Shown piece by piece: positions 1-13,309 of a DNA stretch of 64,000 bases. This DNA is from the human T2T-CHM13v2.0 reference genome, Homo sapiens. How positions within the stretch are numbered: the stretch's first letter is position 1; each line of letters starts with the position of its first letter. The DNA lies in the NCBI RefSeq assembly GCF_009914755.1, contig NC_060945.1; one strand, given 5' to 3'. Both the position numbers and the translations under genes were made by a program. The notes under the pieces were generated by a model. It saw only the letters and a list, made by a program, of their open reading frames with translations, had not been told where the DNA came from and searched no databases.

Positions 1-299
1 TTCCTTAATCTATTGAACATTAAAACAAATGAACCAAAAGCATAAAAACATCATACTCAGTGGTATGGTGCCAATTGCTATGAATTCAGTTCCACCCTGA
101 ACTAAATAGCAACCAGTACATAATTATCAGAAAATTTAAAATGACACATAATTTGCAGAAAAGACAAAAAGGTTGCCAACATTTTAAGATAATATACCAA
201 AATATCTATATTTTTATTCATTTATTAAAGTAAAAAAGTTTGTCAATGTGCAGAAATCAAAGGCACATTATAGATTAGCAATGTAGCTATGTACTTTTA

Positions 300-880
300 A
301 GAATATTCCATTTAAACTATCATCAAAGTATGACATCTATAGGAATAAATACAACTAAAGTTGTCTAAAATCTTAACGGTAAAAATTTTAAGACTTCGAA
401 GAAATTTATAAGATATATTTTTAATAACAATGATACCTATAAATTTAATTTAATGTTCAGAATACGTAAGAATTACAATGAGCCACTAAGAAAAAACATT
501 TGCAAAAAAAGAGCAAAATATATCAACTAGAACTTCATTCGTGAAGAAGCATGTTATTATGTAGAAGAATACAAATTAAATTGCAGAGATACAATTTTAT
601 AATCATCACCAAAAGGATGGAGAAGTAGAAGAGAAGGAGGAAGAGGAAGAGGAAGAGGAGGGCAGGAAGATGAGGAAGAGAAGGAAGAGAAGGTAGAAAA
701 TAAAAGAAAAAAAGGATATTACCAGTATTTGTTATCATGAAGAAGTATTACTCAGTAGAACCACTTATAACTGGTTGGCATCACCTATTAAAGTATAACA
801 TGACTGAGTGCATCCTACAACCGAGAAAATGTCTTGCTAAGTATATATTCTAGAGAAACTCATCTTCATTTATAAAGAAG
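300..880 (+). mobile_element. Ancient L1M fragments (ORF2/3' region), heavily diverged
   Basis: aggaataaatacaactaaagttgtctaaaatctt (~341) and catcctacaaccgagaaaatgtcttgctaagtatatattctagagaaa (~811) resemble conserved L1 motifs; boundaries approximate. Confidence 0.45.
617..712. repeat. GA-rich polypurine low-complexity tract
   Basis: Runs of gaggaa/gaagag seen directly. Confidence 0.85.
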
Positions 881-944
881 GGTTTTTTTAATTAAAAATA
901 TTCAAGTTTCAACCTTGCATCAGAAACTGATCAAGATATTAAAA

Positions 945-1570
945 ATGCAACAGTGAGCAAAATGCAGTTCTCTGGTTTCTTGGAGTTTTAATTCCATTGG
1001 GAGAAATAAATATTAACATACCTATATAAAATACTTCAGACCAGGCACAGTGGTTCATGCCTGTAATCCCAGCACTTCGGGAGGCCGAGGCGGGCAGATC
1101 ACGAGGTCAGGAGTTTGAGACCAGCCTGACCAACATGGTGAAACCTCGTCTCTACTAAAAATACAAAAATTAGCTGGGCGTGGTGGTGGGTGCCTGTAAT
1201 CCCAGCTACTCGAGAGGCCGAGGCAGGAGAATCGCTTAAACCCGGAGATGGAGGTTGCAGTGAGCGAAGATCGTGCCACTGCACTCCAGCCTGGGTGACA
1301 GAGCCAGACTCTGTTTCAAACAAACAACCCAAAAAACCCACAAAATACTTCAGATGTTGATAAGAAAAGGAAAGCAGTCAGGGCAGGCAATAAGTAGTGG
1401 AAATTGACCTGAGACATTTTCCCCAGAAATGACAATTTGGGAAAAAGGTTTAAATGAGGTAAAGGAGACAGCTCTGCATATTTGAGGATGAGGATTTCAG
1501 GCATAGGAAACAGCATGTGCAAAGAACAGGCGACATGAATGCCTGAAAATTTTGAGGAACAGCATGTCCG
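945..1570 (-). mobile_element. L2 fragment interrupted by an Alu
   Basis: cagtgagcaaaatgcagttctctggtttcttggagtttt before the Alu and ttcaggcataggaaacagcatgtgcaaag after it match the antisense L2 3' region. Confidence 0.65.
1039..1341 (+). mobile_element. AluS (AluSg-like), full length
   Basis: Complete dimer; TSD aaaatacttca at 1028-1038 and 1342-1352. Confidence 0.95.
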
Positions 1571-1678
1571 GAATTTTGACAGTAGCTGGTTTCTCTGAAA
1601 GAAAAATATGAAAACATCTCTCATTTACATTACTAGTGAAATGAATAAATTATGCTACATTTGTGAAAAATAATATTC

Positions 1679-2410
1679 TTTTTTTTTAATCATACTTTAA
1701 GTTTTAGGGTACATGTGCACAATGTGCAGGTTTGTTACATATGTATACATGTGCCATGTTGGTGTGCTGCACCCATTAACTCATCATTTAATATTAGGTA
1801 TATCTCCTAATGCTGTCCCTCCCCCCTCCCCCCACCCCACAACAGGCCCCGGTGTGTGATGTTCCCCTTCCTGTGTCCATGGGTTCTCATTGTTCAATTC
1901 CCACCTATCAGTGAGAACATACAGTGTTCAGGTTTTGTCCTTGCGATAGTTTGCTGAGAATGATGGTTTCCAGCTTCATCCATGTCCCTACAAAGGACAT
2001 CAACTCATCATTTTTTATGGCTGCATAGTATTCCATGGTGTATATGTGCCACATTTTCTTAATCCAGTCTATCATTGTTGGACATTTGGCTAGGTTCCAA
2101 GTCTTTGCTATCGTGAGTAGTGCTGCAATAAACATATGTGTGCATGTGTCTTTATAGCAGCATGATTTATAATCCTTTGGGTATATACCCAGTAATGGGA
2201 TGGCTGGGTCAAATGGTATTTCTAGTTCTAGATCCCTGAGGAATTGCCACACTGTCTTCCACAATGGTTGAACTAGTTTACAGTCCACCAACAGTGTAAA
2301 AGTATTCCTATTTCTCCACATCCTCTCCAGCACCTGTTGTTTCCTGACTTTTTAATGATTGCCATTCTAACTGGTGTGAGATGGTATCTCATTGTGGTTT
2401 TGATTTGCAT
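1679..2410 (-). mobile_element. L1PA (L1PA4-like) 5'-truncated 3' end
   Basis: Poly-T tail, antisense 3'UTR, and ORF 1908-2333 giving the ORF2p C-terminus (WIKKMWHIYTMEYYAAIK). Confidence 0.95.
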
Positions 2411-2419
2411 GATCAGGAA

Positions 2420-2843
2420 TGTAATGTTCTGATTCCATTTTTTAAATCTGACAGCTGACAGCTTTTAATTCCCACTCTTTTCTCTTCTCTGCTTTCTATA
2501 ACTATGAAAACCAATAAGAAAACCTGATTACTTTCTTCTTTGGTGCCAATTAGAATCTCTGTCCTATGCAGACACCAGATCAGCCATGGGAACCCTCACT
2601 GTGCTCTCATACTCCAACCACAACAACAGACAATGCCAATTCTTGTCTTTCAACCCAGTTTTAGACCTTGCTCTTTCGACCCAGTTTTAGACCTGCTTGT
2701 TAGCTCTCTTGCTCTTCTAGAAAGCCTTATTATTTGAGCGTAAACATTTACATACCCTGTTGGCATATGTGTGGCACCTCAGCAACTGCGGTGGATTTTA
2801 TATGGGGAATCCCATCTTGCCTCCATATAGAGACCACAAGACA
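2420..2843 (+). mobile_element. ERVL 5' LTR (LTR47-like)
   Basis: Starts tgtaatg, ends gaccacaagaca; homologous to 5283-5575; followed by retroviral internal sequence. Confidence 0.7.
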
Positions 2844-2949
2844 ACTGCCACAAAGCAGTGTGTGCAGGTGATGATGATCAGTACTGATAGGGTGTTTGTC
2901 TTATCTTGCTTTGGCTTCCTAAATGGTGTGTAACCTTCTGTCTGCATAC

Positions 2950-3248
2950 TTTTTTTTTTTCTCTTTTAAGTTGGAGTCTCGCTCTCTCACCCATGCTGGA
3001 GTGCAATGGTGCAATCTTGGCTCACTGCAACCATCGCCTCCCGGGTTCAAGCGATTCTCATGTCTCAGCCTCCTGAGTAGCTGGGACTACAGCCATGTGC
3101 CAACACTCCCGGCTAATCTTTGTATTTTTAGTAGAGATGGGGTTTCACCATGTTGGCCAGGCTGGTGTTGAACTCCTAGCCTCAGGTGATCTGCCCACCT
3201 TGGCCACCCAAAGTGCTGGGATTACAGGCGTGAGCCACCGTGCCTGTC
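2950..3248 (-). mobile_element. AluSx-like
   Basis: Antisense dimer; TSD core ctgcata on both sides. Confidence 0.95.
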
Positions 3249-3496
3249 TCCTGCATAATCTTTGAGTTGTGTTGCTGCCTACAGGCAAAGTTGCACTTTG
3301 AGTTGAGCTTCTTTGTGCTGCATTTGCTGAGTTCTGCCATGCTTCTGTTATAGACTTAACTGACCAATATCAGAAGTATCCTTACTGGCATCTGAAGAAA
3401 GGATTAAGAAATTGGGACCTTCCTTAAAGGGGCCTTGGCTCCTGCATCATAACCTGCATTTATCTGTATTTCAGATTAAGGCATGTGTCTTGATTC

Positions 3497-3862
3497 TGTC
3501 TAGTTTTTTCAGCCTTCTATAAAAAATACCAAAAACTGAGAAGGTTATAAACAAAAGAAATTTCCTTCTCATAGTTCTGAAGTCTGGGAAGTTCATGAAC
3601 AAGTTGCTGGCAGATTCAATGCCTGGTGAGGGCCTGCTTTCTCGTTCACTGATGGTCATCTTCACCTTGCGTTCTCACATGATGGACAGGGCTAGCTAGC
3701 TCTCTGGGGCCTCTTTTATGTGGGCACTACTACCATTCATGAGAGCTCTGCCCTCACAATCTAATCATCTCTCAAATGCCATCATCTCCTAATGTTATCA
3801 CCTTGGGAATTAATATTTTAGCAGATGAATTTTGGGAGAACACATATATTCAGACAATAACA
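3497..3862 (-). mobile_element. MLT1A0-like MaLR solo LTR
   Basis: tgtctag...agaaatttccttctcatagttctgaagtctgggaag...gaattttgggagaacacatatattcagacaataaca. Confidence 0.85.
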
Positions 3863-4159
3863 TCACTATATGTAGTAAGCTTAGGATAAAGATTTGCCCG
3901 GGGACTGTCGGTTTTATGTCTTAATCAGGCTATGATTTCCATCCTATAGAGCACTTCTGGGAAAGACTGATGCCGTGTGCAATATATGGGTTCACCAGGT
4001 GGCCACTCCTGTGGAGAAAGAATAGTCACTATTTAGAAATCCAGAATTTACTAAAATAATTTATGTAAGAAGAAAAATAAAAGGACTTTGATGATTTTTG
4101 TACTGCTACAAGAAAGGAAACTTGATTAACTTTAGCAGATGCTAAAATGTACCAATCAG

Positions 4160-4385
4160 AAAAATTTAATGACCTTTATCAACACTAGGTCTCAAATTAC
4201 AGTTACATCTGGGAATCGAAATAATTTTAAACAAGATATCCTGTTTAATCTAGGGGGAATTACCAATGAAAACAGAAGAAAACAAGTACACCTCACCAGA
4301 GCTACTGCACTGCCCAAGTTCCCCATAGTCATAGCGCCCATTGCCCTAAAATATTCCATCAAAGACAGAAACTCTTACCATACAA
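4160..4385 (+). pseudogene. Retroviral aspartic protease remnant
   Basis: ORF 4139-4414 reads MTFINTRSQITVTSGN...FPIVIAPIA, a decayed ALIDTGAQITVIPG...PVVIAP; catalytic DTG has become NTR. Confidence 0.7.
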
Positions 4386-4744
4386 GCCAAAACTTAAATA
4401 TTCATAAACAGTAACTAAATAAAATTAGTTAGTAATGAAATTAAGTTAAATTAAATTGCATTTAAATCTCTAGTCCTTAAAATGCTATTGACATAATGAG
4501 ACTTATTCCGTCCCCACCAGTTAAAATAGTTAATACCGCTTAGTATAAATAAAAACATGACCTTTAAGAGTAGAACTCGGCCTCTCTAGCATATCCCATA
4601 TGCAAGAAATGTTGGCCTCCTCCTCTCCCCATTCCTTTGCCAGATGCCATGGTGCTGGATGAAGTTATCCCTCTCCCAGACCCCTTGGCTACCTGGGCAG
4701 CTCCTTGTGATCAACTGAGTAAATAGCACAGAGCATTTCTAAAT

Positions 4745-5030
4745 TGTATAGATGGCAGCACCACGTTACATATGATGAAGTCCCCAGGAGCGTTCTTGCC
4801 ATCTACCTTTCAATCATGATATCACAGATCAAAGACACACAAAAAGTCAGCACAAATGGCCTGGCTTTGGGCATTCATTCCTAGCACTGGATGCCCTGGC
4901 CAACAACAGCCCCATCTGCACATTTTTACAGATTATTGAGCTATTGCCACTATTCTGGTCATCTGATCCAGCCAATGGCCAAAGCAACAATTCTTTATCC
5001 AAGGTTTCTCTATTTGTGGTAAAGAACATA
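4745..5030 (+). pseudogene. Retroviral RNase H remnant
   Basis: Across frameshifts: IDGS, KSAQ, LALDALA, HIFTDY*AIA (4919-4948), QWPKQQFFIQGFSICGKE. Confidence 0.7.
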
Positions 5031-5074
5031 TGGGGTAAACAATATAAACCACAGTTCTCTATGTCTCTGTACAT

Positions 5075-5256
5075 AGTAAAGCCACAATACAAGTTCTTAT
5101 CAAGGCATTTATACCCTTTGGATTTCAAGATAGCTTTCATAGTGGCCAAGGTACATCTCACTTCTCAAAAATGCGCAGTGCTGGGATCCTGGACAAAGCA
5201 TTCAGTGAAACTAAACTTTCTTACTGGCCTAGGCTACAGCTCTCATAGAATGTCAG
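5075..5256 (+). pseudogene. Retroviral integrase core remnant
   Basis: IPFGFQDSFHSGQGT (from 5111), then QCWDPGQSIQ*, then YWP-ATALIE; matches FG.P...SDQGTHF...QWA...GIQW...PY.PQA.GLIE. Confidence 0.7.
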
Positions 5257-5282
5257 GCATATAGCTTATAAAGACAAATTTT

Positions 5283-5575
5283 AATGTTTCAAGTCCCACT
5301 CCTCCTTCTTCGCCTGTATCTAAGCAAGACAAAAATAGAGCCCAGCTGCTTCCTCCTTTGGTACCAGCAAGAAGTTTAAATAATGCAAGTCACTGGCCCA
5401 AACAGGAACTCTCACCCTGGCCCCACCTCTAATCATAATACTAATAATTAAAGCCAGTTTCTACTCTTTTCTCTCTCAAGTCATTTTCAGACCTTCAGGG
5501 AAGCCTCACTTGCTCTTTCCCAAAAAACTCATTTTAAGTGTAGTAAAACTTTCCATGCTATTTTGGGGAATGTGT
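5283..5575 (+). mobile_element. ERVL 3' LTR (LTR47-like), truncated at both ends
   Basis: tttcaagtcccactcc...cctttggtacca...gaactctcacc...ttttcagacc...tgctctt colinear with the 5' LTR. Confidence 0.65.
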
Positions 5576-5619
5576 ATATATATAAATTATGAATTAATGC
5601 AATTAAAATTAATATAAAT

Positions 5620-5790
5620 TCAAAAAAGTGGTCACATGGGCAGTGAGGACTGCATATTATCAGAAAATGGCATGCAGAAGATATTGAGAACGTTGGAAAT
5701 GTTGTATTTCTTAATCCATGGTGCTCACATTTGTAACCATCATTTTTTCCTTTAAGCTTTCTCATAGGTTTTAACATTTATATTCAATTG
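5620..5790 (+). mobile_element. L1MC/ME 3'UTR fragment
   Basis: aagtggtcacatgggg...ggaaatgttgtatttcttaatccatggtg. Confidence 0.5.
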
Positions 5791-7139
5791 CAGAATACCA
5801 AATAGAGTAATATAATCAATAGTGTAGTTATTGAAAAATAGAAATGAAAAACTGAGTTTGAAGCAAAGGCAGGTATCAAACATTTGAAAAAAAGTTTTAA
5901 ATATTTAAACCGGTAGCGATTTTTCATAAAAATTAAGTCTCTACCGTAATAAAAATAATAACTAATGGAAAATTGTTATCATGTGATCTAAAATTATTTC
6001 TCATCTTATTTTTATCTTATGGCAATATTAACTTAGGCACTGAAAAATTCAAAAACTAAAGCAAACCAAAATATGTTCATGTACTTGGGAGAACAATTTA
6101 AATCAAATACTAGTGGCCTGTTTTTTTATTGTAATCAATTCAGATGATAATTTTTATATACTTCAAATTTATGGTTAAATGTCACTAACATATTATGGAT
6201 TTAATATCTTTAAAAATTCGTTTTAAAGTCAGAGGTCATAGGTAATATTCCTGTTGTTAAATAATATCTATGAACCTCAGTTTTCCCACAGATAAAAGAA
6301 GGATAATAGAACTGTTGAAAGAGGGTTGCTATAAGGAATAAAAGAGGTAATAAAACTGAAAATGACATTCGCAGGGTCTAACTTACATAAGATACTCAAT
6401 AATTTTTGGCATAATTTAAGAATCCTCTGAGAATAAGAAAATATTTCACTTCTCAATGAAACATTAGAAGAATGGCTTTTGTCTCTTGAACACCGACATA
6501 AAATCATACTGCTAATTAATTGGCCATCGAGACTAATCAGAAGGAACAGTATGATAAGTTTGGTCAGTGAATGCTCAGGAAGCAATCACATCAGAATGAT
6601 AAATGCATCTATAGTTCTCGGGAACATAAATTTATTTTCAGGAGTGGCTCAGTGACAAAGGATTGACTCCTAGTTCTGATAAAATTGTTAACTCAAGTTA
6701 CCATACTATTTTTATTTAAGAAATACTGATTTCAGCCCTCTTGATACACTGATTTTTCCAATGTCATTGCTGATTCATGTTTGATTATACTACCCCTCCC
6801 TTTTTTTTTTTGGACCTTTCCATATCCATTTATATGATTTGCCTGATTTCTATAAAACAGATCAGGATATGAAGAAGAAAACAATAAAAAAATCATGTCT
6901 AGCAAGGACAGAGGTCACCTCCAATGGAGACACTTCAGGAATTGCTCGGGAAAGAACATCAAGTGGTCAAACAGGAGGATATATGTGGTTCAAGCTACAG
7001 AAACAGCAACAGGCTGAGCAGCCAACATAAGGTAAGAACTGATTCCAGGATGGGTGACTCTGCTATGTGTTGCCTGATCTGGATACATTTTAAATTGAAC
7101 TCCATCATTTTTTGAGGCCCTCTGGGAAACGTATCCATT

Positions 7140-7345
7140 GAAAACAGTCGACACCAGGGTCTACTTGAATGGGGCTGGGGGAGGTGGGATGAGGGAGAGG
7201 AGCAGAAAAGACAACTACTGGGTACTGGGCTTAATAACTGGGTGATGAAATAATATGTACAACAAATCTCATGACACATATTTTCCCATTTAACAAACCT
7301 GCACATGCACCTCCAAACCAAAAATAAAAATAAAAATAAATGAAT
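7140..7345 (+). mobile_element. Old L1PA (PA12-16 class) 3' end with A-rich tail
   Basis: gagcagaaaagacaactactgggtactgggctt...aacaaacctgcacatgcacc followed by (AAAAT)n. Confidence 0.85.
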
Positions 7346-7500
7346 AACAACACCACAAAGACCAGCAGGATTCCAGCCTGATACTGTAATGTATTTTGGA
7401 TTCTTAACTCGATCCTAAAATAGGAAATTTGTGCATTGCTAGTGACAGAAGGAATATTATTTGCAAGATTTATTGGCAACTTTGCATTTATTCTCGAAGG

Positions 7501-7826
7501 CAGTGGTTCCCAACCTTTTTGGCACCAGGGACCAGTTTCATGGAAGACAATTTTTCACAGATGGGGGAAGGTGGGAGGATGGTTTTGGTATTATTCAAGC
7601 TATTACATTTATCATTAAATTCTCATAAGGACAACACAGCCTAGATCCCTCCCATGCACAGTTCACAGTGGGGTTGGCATTCCTATGAGAACCTAATGCT
7701 ACGGCTGATCTGACAGGAGGCAGAGCTCAGGTGGCCATGCTTGCTTGCCCCTGGCTCACTTTCTGTTGTGCAGCCAGTGCCTCAAATGCCATGGGCCAGT
7801 ATAAACACAGAAGATGGGAACACCTG
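7501..7826 (+). mobile_element. MER1B hAT-Charlie MITE
   Basis: cagtggttcccaacctttttggcaccaggg...gggaacacctg; 8-bp TSD ctcgaagg/ctctaagg. Confidence 0.9.
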
Positions 7827-8010
7827 CTCTAAGGCCTAACTTAGAATATTTTTTGTAATTTCTATCCCTCTAGTATAGCCACAATTCCCAAATGGGCTTT
7901 CAAAAGCGTGTAAAAAAATATTATTTGGAAGTTTTAATGGGGAAAAATAACTGAATACAGATGAATCTGCAAAAGAAAAACTATGAATGTTATGGAACCT
8001 CCTTTATTAA

Positions 8011-8083
8011 ATCTATCTATCTATCTATCTATGTATCTATCTATCAACTGTCTATCATCTGTCTATTTATCATCTATCTATCT
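8011..8083. repeat. (TCTA)n microsatellite, interrupted
   Basis: Seen directly. Confidence 0.95.
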
Positions 8084-9726
8084 CAGCTGTCTTTCACTTG
8101 GATGATGCTAATTATTGTTTATTTAGCTATTTTCCAGTTCTACTTGTGAAAAGAAATAGGAAGAGACAATACTAATCTAGAATAGTCTATGAAAGTTAAC
8201 TTTAGATGAAAGTACACTTACAATAAATGCTTTAAGTCAAAAGGAACTAATAAATTGCCCATCTTTAAAAAGTGTCTAATATCACGGGACAATTCCATGA
8301 AAATTTCTCTGAAAATTTGTTAAGATCTTTACATTTGTTTCAGTGCAATGCCCAGTGTTATGAGAGAGATTACTAATAAACTAGATATAAAGAGGGAAAC
8401 AGCCTAATGCCTCTAAAAATGATAGTGCTACTATACATACATTTTAATGTCTTCTTTTTGTGTACGAAATGAGTATTTGTTTTAGTGAGAAATAAAGTTA
8501 TTAAATGCTGGAACTGGCCTCTGGAAAATTTGGCTGCTGAAGTCTCTTATTGTTCATTTTCATCTAATCAGCGATTTTGAATTATTTTATCTATGAGTAG
8601 GATGATTAACTCACATATTTCGATGAAGTTATATAATGCAATGCATTTATATATGATATTGATTTAAATAGCTATAATTGATAATTGCAAAATAAACATT
8701 GGTGATAACTTCAGGTCTTGCTTTATATCAAAATATATAGTTTATTAGGTACATAGTATTTGTCTGAATCAAAATATAATTAATCGTACATAATTGAAAA
8801 CTTTAAACTCTTTTTTCTAAAGGATATAACTTAACCAAAAATTCAGATTTTGAATGATGTTATTGGACAATACAAAAATTAAGGTTTCTGTAACTCATGA
8901 GTAGCAAAATTAGTGACTCTGGGCATGTCTAATTCTAGCAAATATCTTCTCTCTACACAATAAAGAACGATTAAAGCAACAAGAGAAAAGAAATGTACCA
9001 AAATGGTTCTAAAATTACTGATTATAATTAAATCAACTCTGTCATCATTTTCTGTGACAAAAAGCTTGAAGTTACGCACATTGCCTCACTTAGCATAGTG
9101 TTTCCATTCGTATTCAGATTTATGTATGCTTAAGCATGATATCTGTGTTAGGTAATAACATATGGTTATTTAGCCATGCCATGCAAATTACAAATGAATG
9201 CATATTTTAAATAAAGATTGGTGTTAGCTGCAATGCCTTAGCAAATTAATGTTTTCTCTTTAGTAATTAAATACACAAAGCATGTTTCTTTTAGCCTCCA
9301 GGTTTTCTTATTATTGGCCATTTTATGACATTTTCAAAGTAGTCTACCAAATAGAAAAGATCCGTGCTGCCCTTTATAAAACAATACAGAGAAATGTTTA
9401 TACTTTCAAGCCTGAAAAAGTGACTTGAAATTAATAACTTTTTTTCTAAAAGAAGTCAATAGATTATAAGTCATGGAAGTTAATATAATTTATTTTTGGA
9501 ATTTGTTGTCAGTGAGACTACTAATGCACTACTCTGCCATCTCCCTAACCCTCCCCAATCAATAATACTTTTTAAAAGATATGTGGTTTAATATCCATAT
9601 GCTTAAAATATATGCTTTAAATACAAATTTCTTAAGGAATTGGAGCTTTGTGTGACACTGATGCAAGATGTTATCTTTGCTTCAAAGAGTCAGACTTTAT
9701 GGCAGTTCCCTGTAGTGTGCACAATT

Positions 9727-9770
9727 TGTGAGTGTGTGTGTGTGTGCGTGCGTGTGTGCGTGTGTGTGTG
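9727..9770. repeat. (TG)n microsatellite
   Basis: Seen directly, within the 3' end of the L1M element. Confidence 0.95.
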
Positions 9771-12700
9771 TTAAGAACACTTAATATGAGATCTACCCTC
9801 TTAGCAAATTTTCTAGGGACATAATACAATATTGTTAACTATAGCATAGTGTGATACAGCAGTTCTCTAGAATATACTAATCTCGCATAACTAAAACTTT
9901 GTACCTGTTGATTAATAACTTCCCATTTTCCCTTCTTCCAGCTCCTGGCAAACACTATTCTGTTTCTGTTTCTAGGAGTTTCACTGTTGTAAATATCCAA
10001 TATAAGAGAAATCCTGAAGTATTTTCCTTCTATGACTGGCTTAATTCACTTAGTACAATGTCGTCCAGGTTCATCTACATCATCACATATGGCAGGATTT
10101 CCTTCTTTTGTGACAAACAATATTATATTGTATACACATACGACATTTTCTTTATCCAATCATCCACTGATAGACATTTAGGTTGCTTCCACATCTTGTT
10201 TACTACGAATGATGCTGCAGTGAACCTAAGTGTGCAGAGAGCTCTTCCAGAACCCAATTTCATTTTTTTCGATATATACTTGGTAGTGGAATTGCTGGAT
10301 CATATGGTAATTCTATTTTTAATTTTTTGAGAAACCTCTGTAGCATTTTTCATAGTGATTGCACCATTTTACCTTCCCACTGACAATGTATATAAGTATT
10401 ACAATTTCTCAATATCCTCAGCAATAAATTGTTTTTTTAAATTGTTGTTTGTTTTTAATATTGGTCATTCTAACAGGTGTGAGGTGACATCTCATTATGG
10501 TTTTGATTTGCAATTCTCTGATGATTAGTGATGTTGAGCACGTTTTCATACACCTGTTTGCCATTGGTATGCCTTTTTTTGAAAAACATCTATTGAAATC
10601 CTTTGCTCATTTTTTGAGGGTTTTCTTTGCCATTGATTTGAAGTTCTTTATATATTTTGGATATTAGCGCCTTATCATATGTGTGAATTGTAAGCATTTT
10701 CATTCATCCAGCAGGTTGCCTTTTCACTCTGTTGATTGTTTCTTTTGCTGTGAAGAAGCATTTTAGTTTCATGTAGTCTCACTTTTTGCATTTGTTGCTT
10801 GTGCTTTTATTGTCATGTATAAGAAACCATTGCCAAGACCAGTGTCATGAAGCTTTCTCCCTCTTCTAGGAGTTTTACAGCTCAGGTTTTATGTTTAAGT
10901 CTTTAAATCATTGTGAGCTGATTTTTGTATACAATATACACCGAGTATATTTTTATTCTTTTTCATGTCAATATCCAGTTTTCTGAACACCATTTGTTGA
11001 AGAACCTATTCTTTCTTCACTGTGTCTTTTTGGCATCCTTGTAGATCAGTTCACCATATATAAGCATGGGTTTATTACTGGGCTCTTTATTTTTTTTCTA
11101 TTGGTCAATGTGTACACAGCTATGTGAGTACCATATTGTTTTGATTAATGTAGGTTTGTAATATATTTGAAATCAAGAAGTGTGATGCCTTCAAATGTGT
11201 TCTTTCTCAAGACTGACTTGACTATTCTGGCTCTATTGTGGTTTATACAAATTTTAGAATTTTTTTTTCTACTTATGTAAAACATTTCATTGGAATTTTG
11301 ATTGCATTGAATCTATAGATGACTTTGGGTAATTTAACAATATTAGCTCTCTCTTCTGACCCATGAACATGGAATTTTTTCAATTTATTTGTGTCTTCAC
11401 TAATTTCCTTTGGCAGTGTTTTATAGTTGTCAGTGTACAAGTCTTTTACTTCCCTGGTTAAGTTTTTTCCTAAGTGTATTATTCTTTTTGATGCTATACA
11501 AAATGGGATTGTTTTCTCAATTTTCTGTTCAAAGAGTTTGCTGTTACTGTATAGAAATGCAACTGATTTTTGTATATTGATTTTGTATCTTACAACTTCA
11601 TTGAATTTGTTTATTAATTCCAGCAGTTTTCTGTGGGTGCAGTCTTTAGGGTTTTCTACATATAAGTTCATGTTGCCTGCAAACAGAGATAATTTTACTT
11701 CTTCCTTTCTGATTTGGCTGCCGTTAATTTATTTTTCTTGTCTAATTGTTCTGGTTAGAACTTTCACTATTACTTTGAATAGAAAAAGATAGAGTAGGCA
11801 CCCTTGCCTTGTTAGTGACTTTGGAAGAAAAGTTTTCAGTTTTTCACCGTGAGGTGGGATTGATGATAGCTGTAGGCTTTCCATAAATGAACTTTATTAT
11901 ATTGAGCTAAATTCTTTTTGTAACTAGCTTGTTGAGGGTTTTTGTCATTAAAAGGAGTTAATATTTTTCAAAAGCTTTTTTCTTTATTTCTTGAGATGAC
12001 CATTTAATTTTTACCATTTATTCTGTAAATTAGATATATTACATTATTTGATTTGCATATGTGGGACGACCTTTGCATCCAAGAAATAAATCCCATGTGG
12101 TCATGGCATGCAATCGTTTTAATATGCTGCTGAATTTGTTTGCCAATATTTTGTTAAGAATTTTGAAATCTATGTTCATTGAGGTTATTGGCCTGTAGTT
12201 GTTTTTTTTCTTCTGATTGTATATTTATTTGTCTTTTGTATTTGGTTAATATTTGCCTCATAAAAGGCACTTGTAATTGCTCCCCCTTCTTCTATATATA
12301 TTTTGTGTAACAGTTTGAAAAAGATTGTTATTAATTCTTTAAATGTTTGTTATAATTCATATAATTCATCAGTGAAGGCATATGGCCCTGGGACTTTCTA
12401 TTATGAGAGGTTTTTTATTTCTAATATGTAATTTCGCTAATAATTATAGGTCTGCTGATGGTTTTCATCTCTTCATGATATAGTCTTAGTAGTTTGTATC
12501 TCTCTAAGGATTTGTCTGTTAGTTTTCACTTATCCAATTTGTAGGCATATAGCTGTTCATAGAAGTCTCTCGTGATCCTTTTTATTTCGGTGGGATCAGT
12601 TGTAATGTCTCTTTTTTTCATTAGTAATTGTATTTATTTGTTCTTTTTTTCCTTGTTAGCCTAAGCTTTGTCAATTTTGAAGATCTTTTCAAAAAATCAA

Positions 12701-12902
12701 ATTTTTATTCTGTAGAGCTTTTCCTAAGGTTTTCTATTGTCTATTTTGTTTATTTTTACACTAATACTTTTTTTTATTATACTAAATTTGCATTTGGTTT
12801 GTTATTTTTTCTAGTTTCTTAAGGTGTAAACTTTTTTATTTGAGATTTTTCTCCTTATTTAATGTTGGTGTTTAGCATAATAAGCTTCCTTCTTAGTACT
12901 AA

Positions 12903-13309
<407 letters not shown>

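Larger units (their letters stand above)
2844..5270 (+). mobile_element. Decayed ERVL internal region (gag-pro-pol with large deletions), interrupted by Alu and MLT1A0
   Basis: Protease, RT-start, RNase H and integrase motif remnants in the correct order between two related LTRs. Confidence 0.75.
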
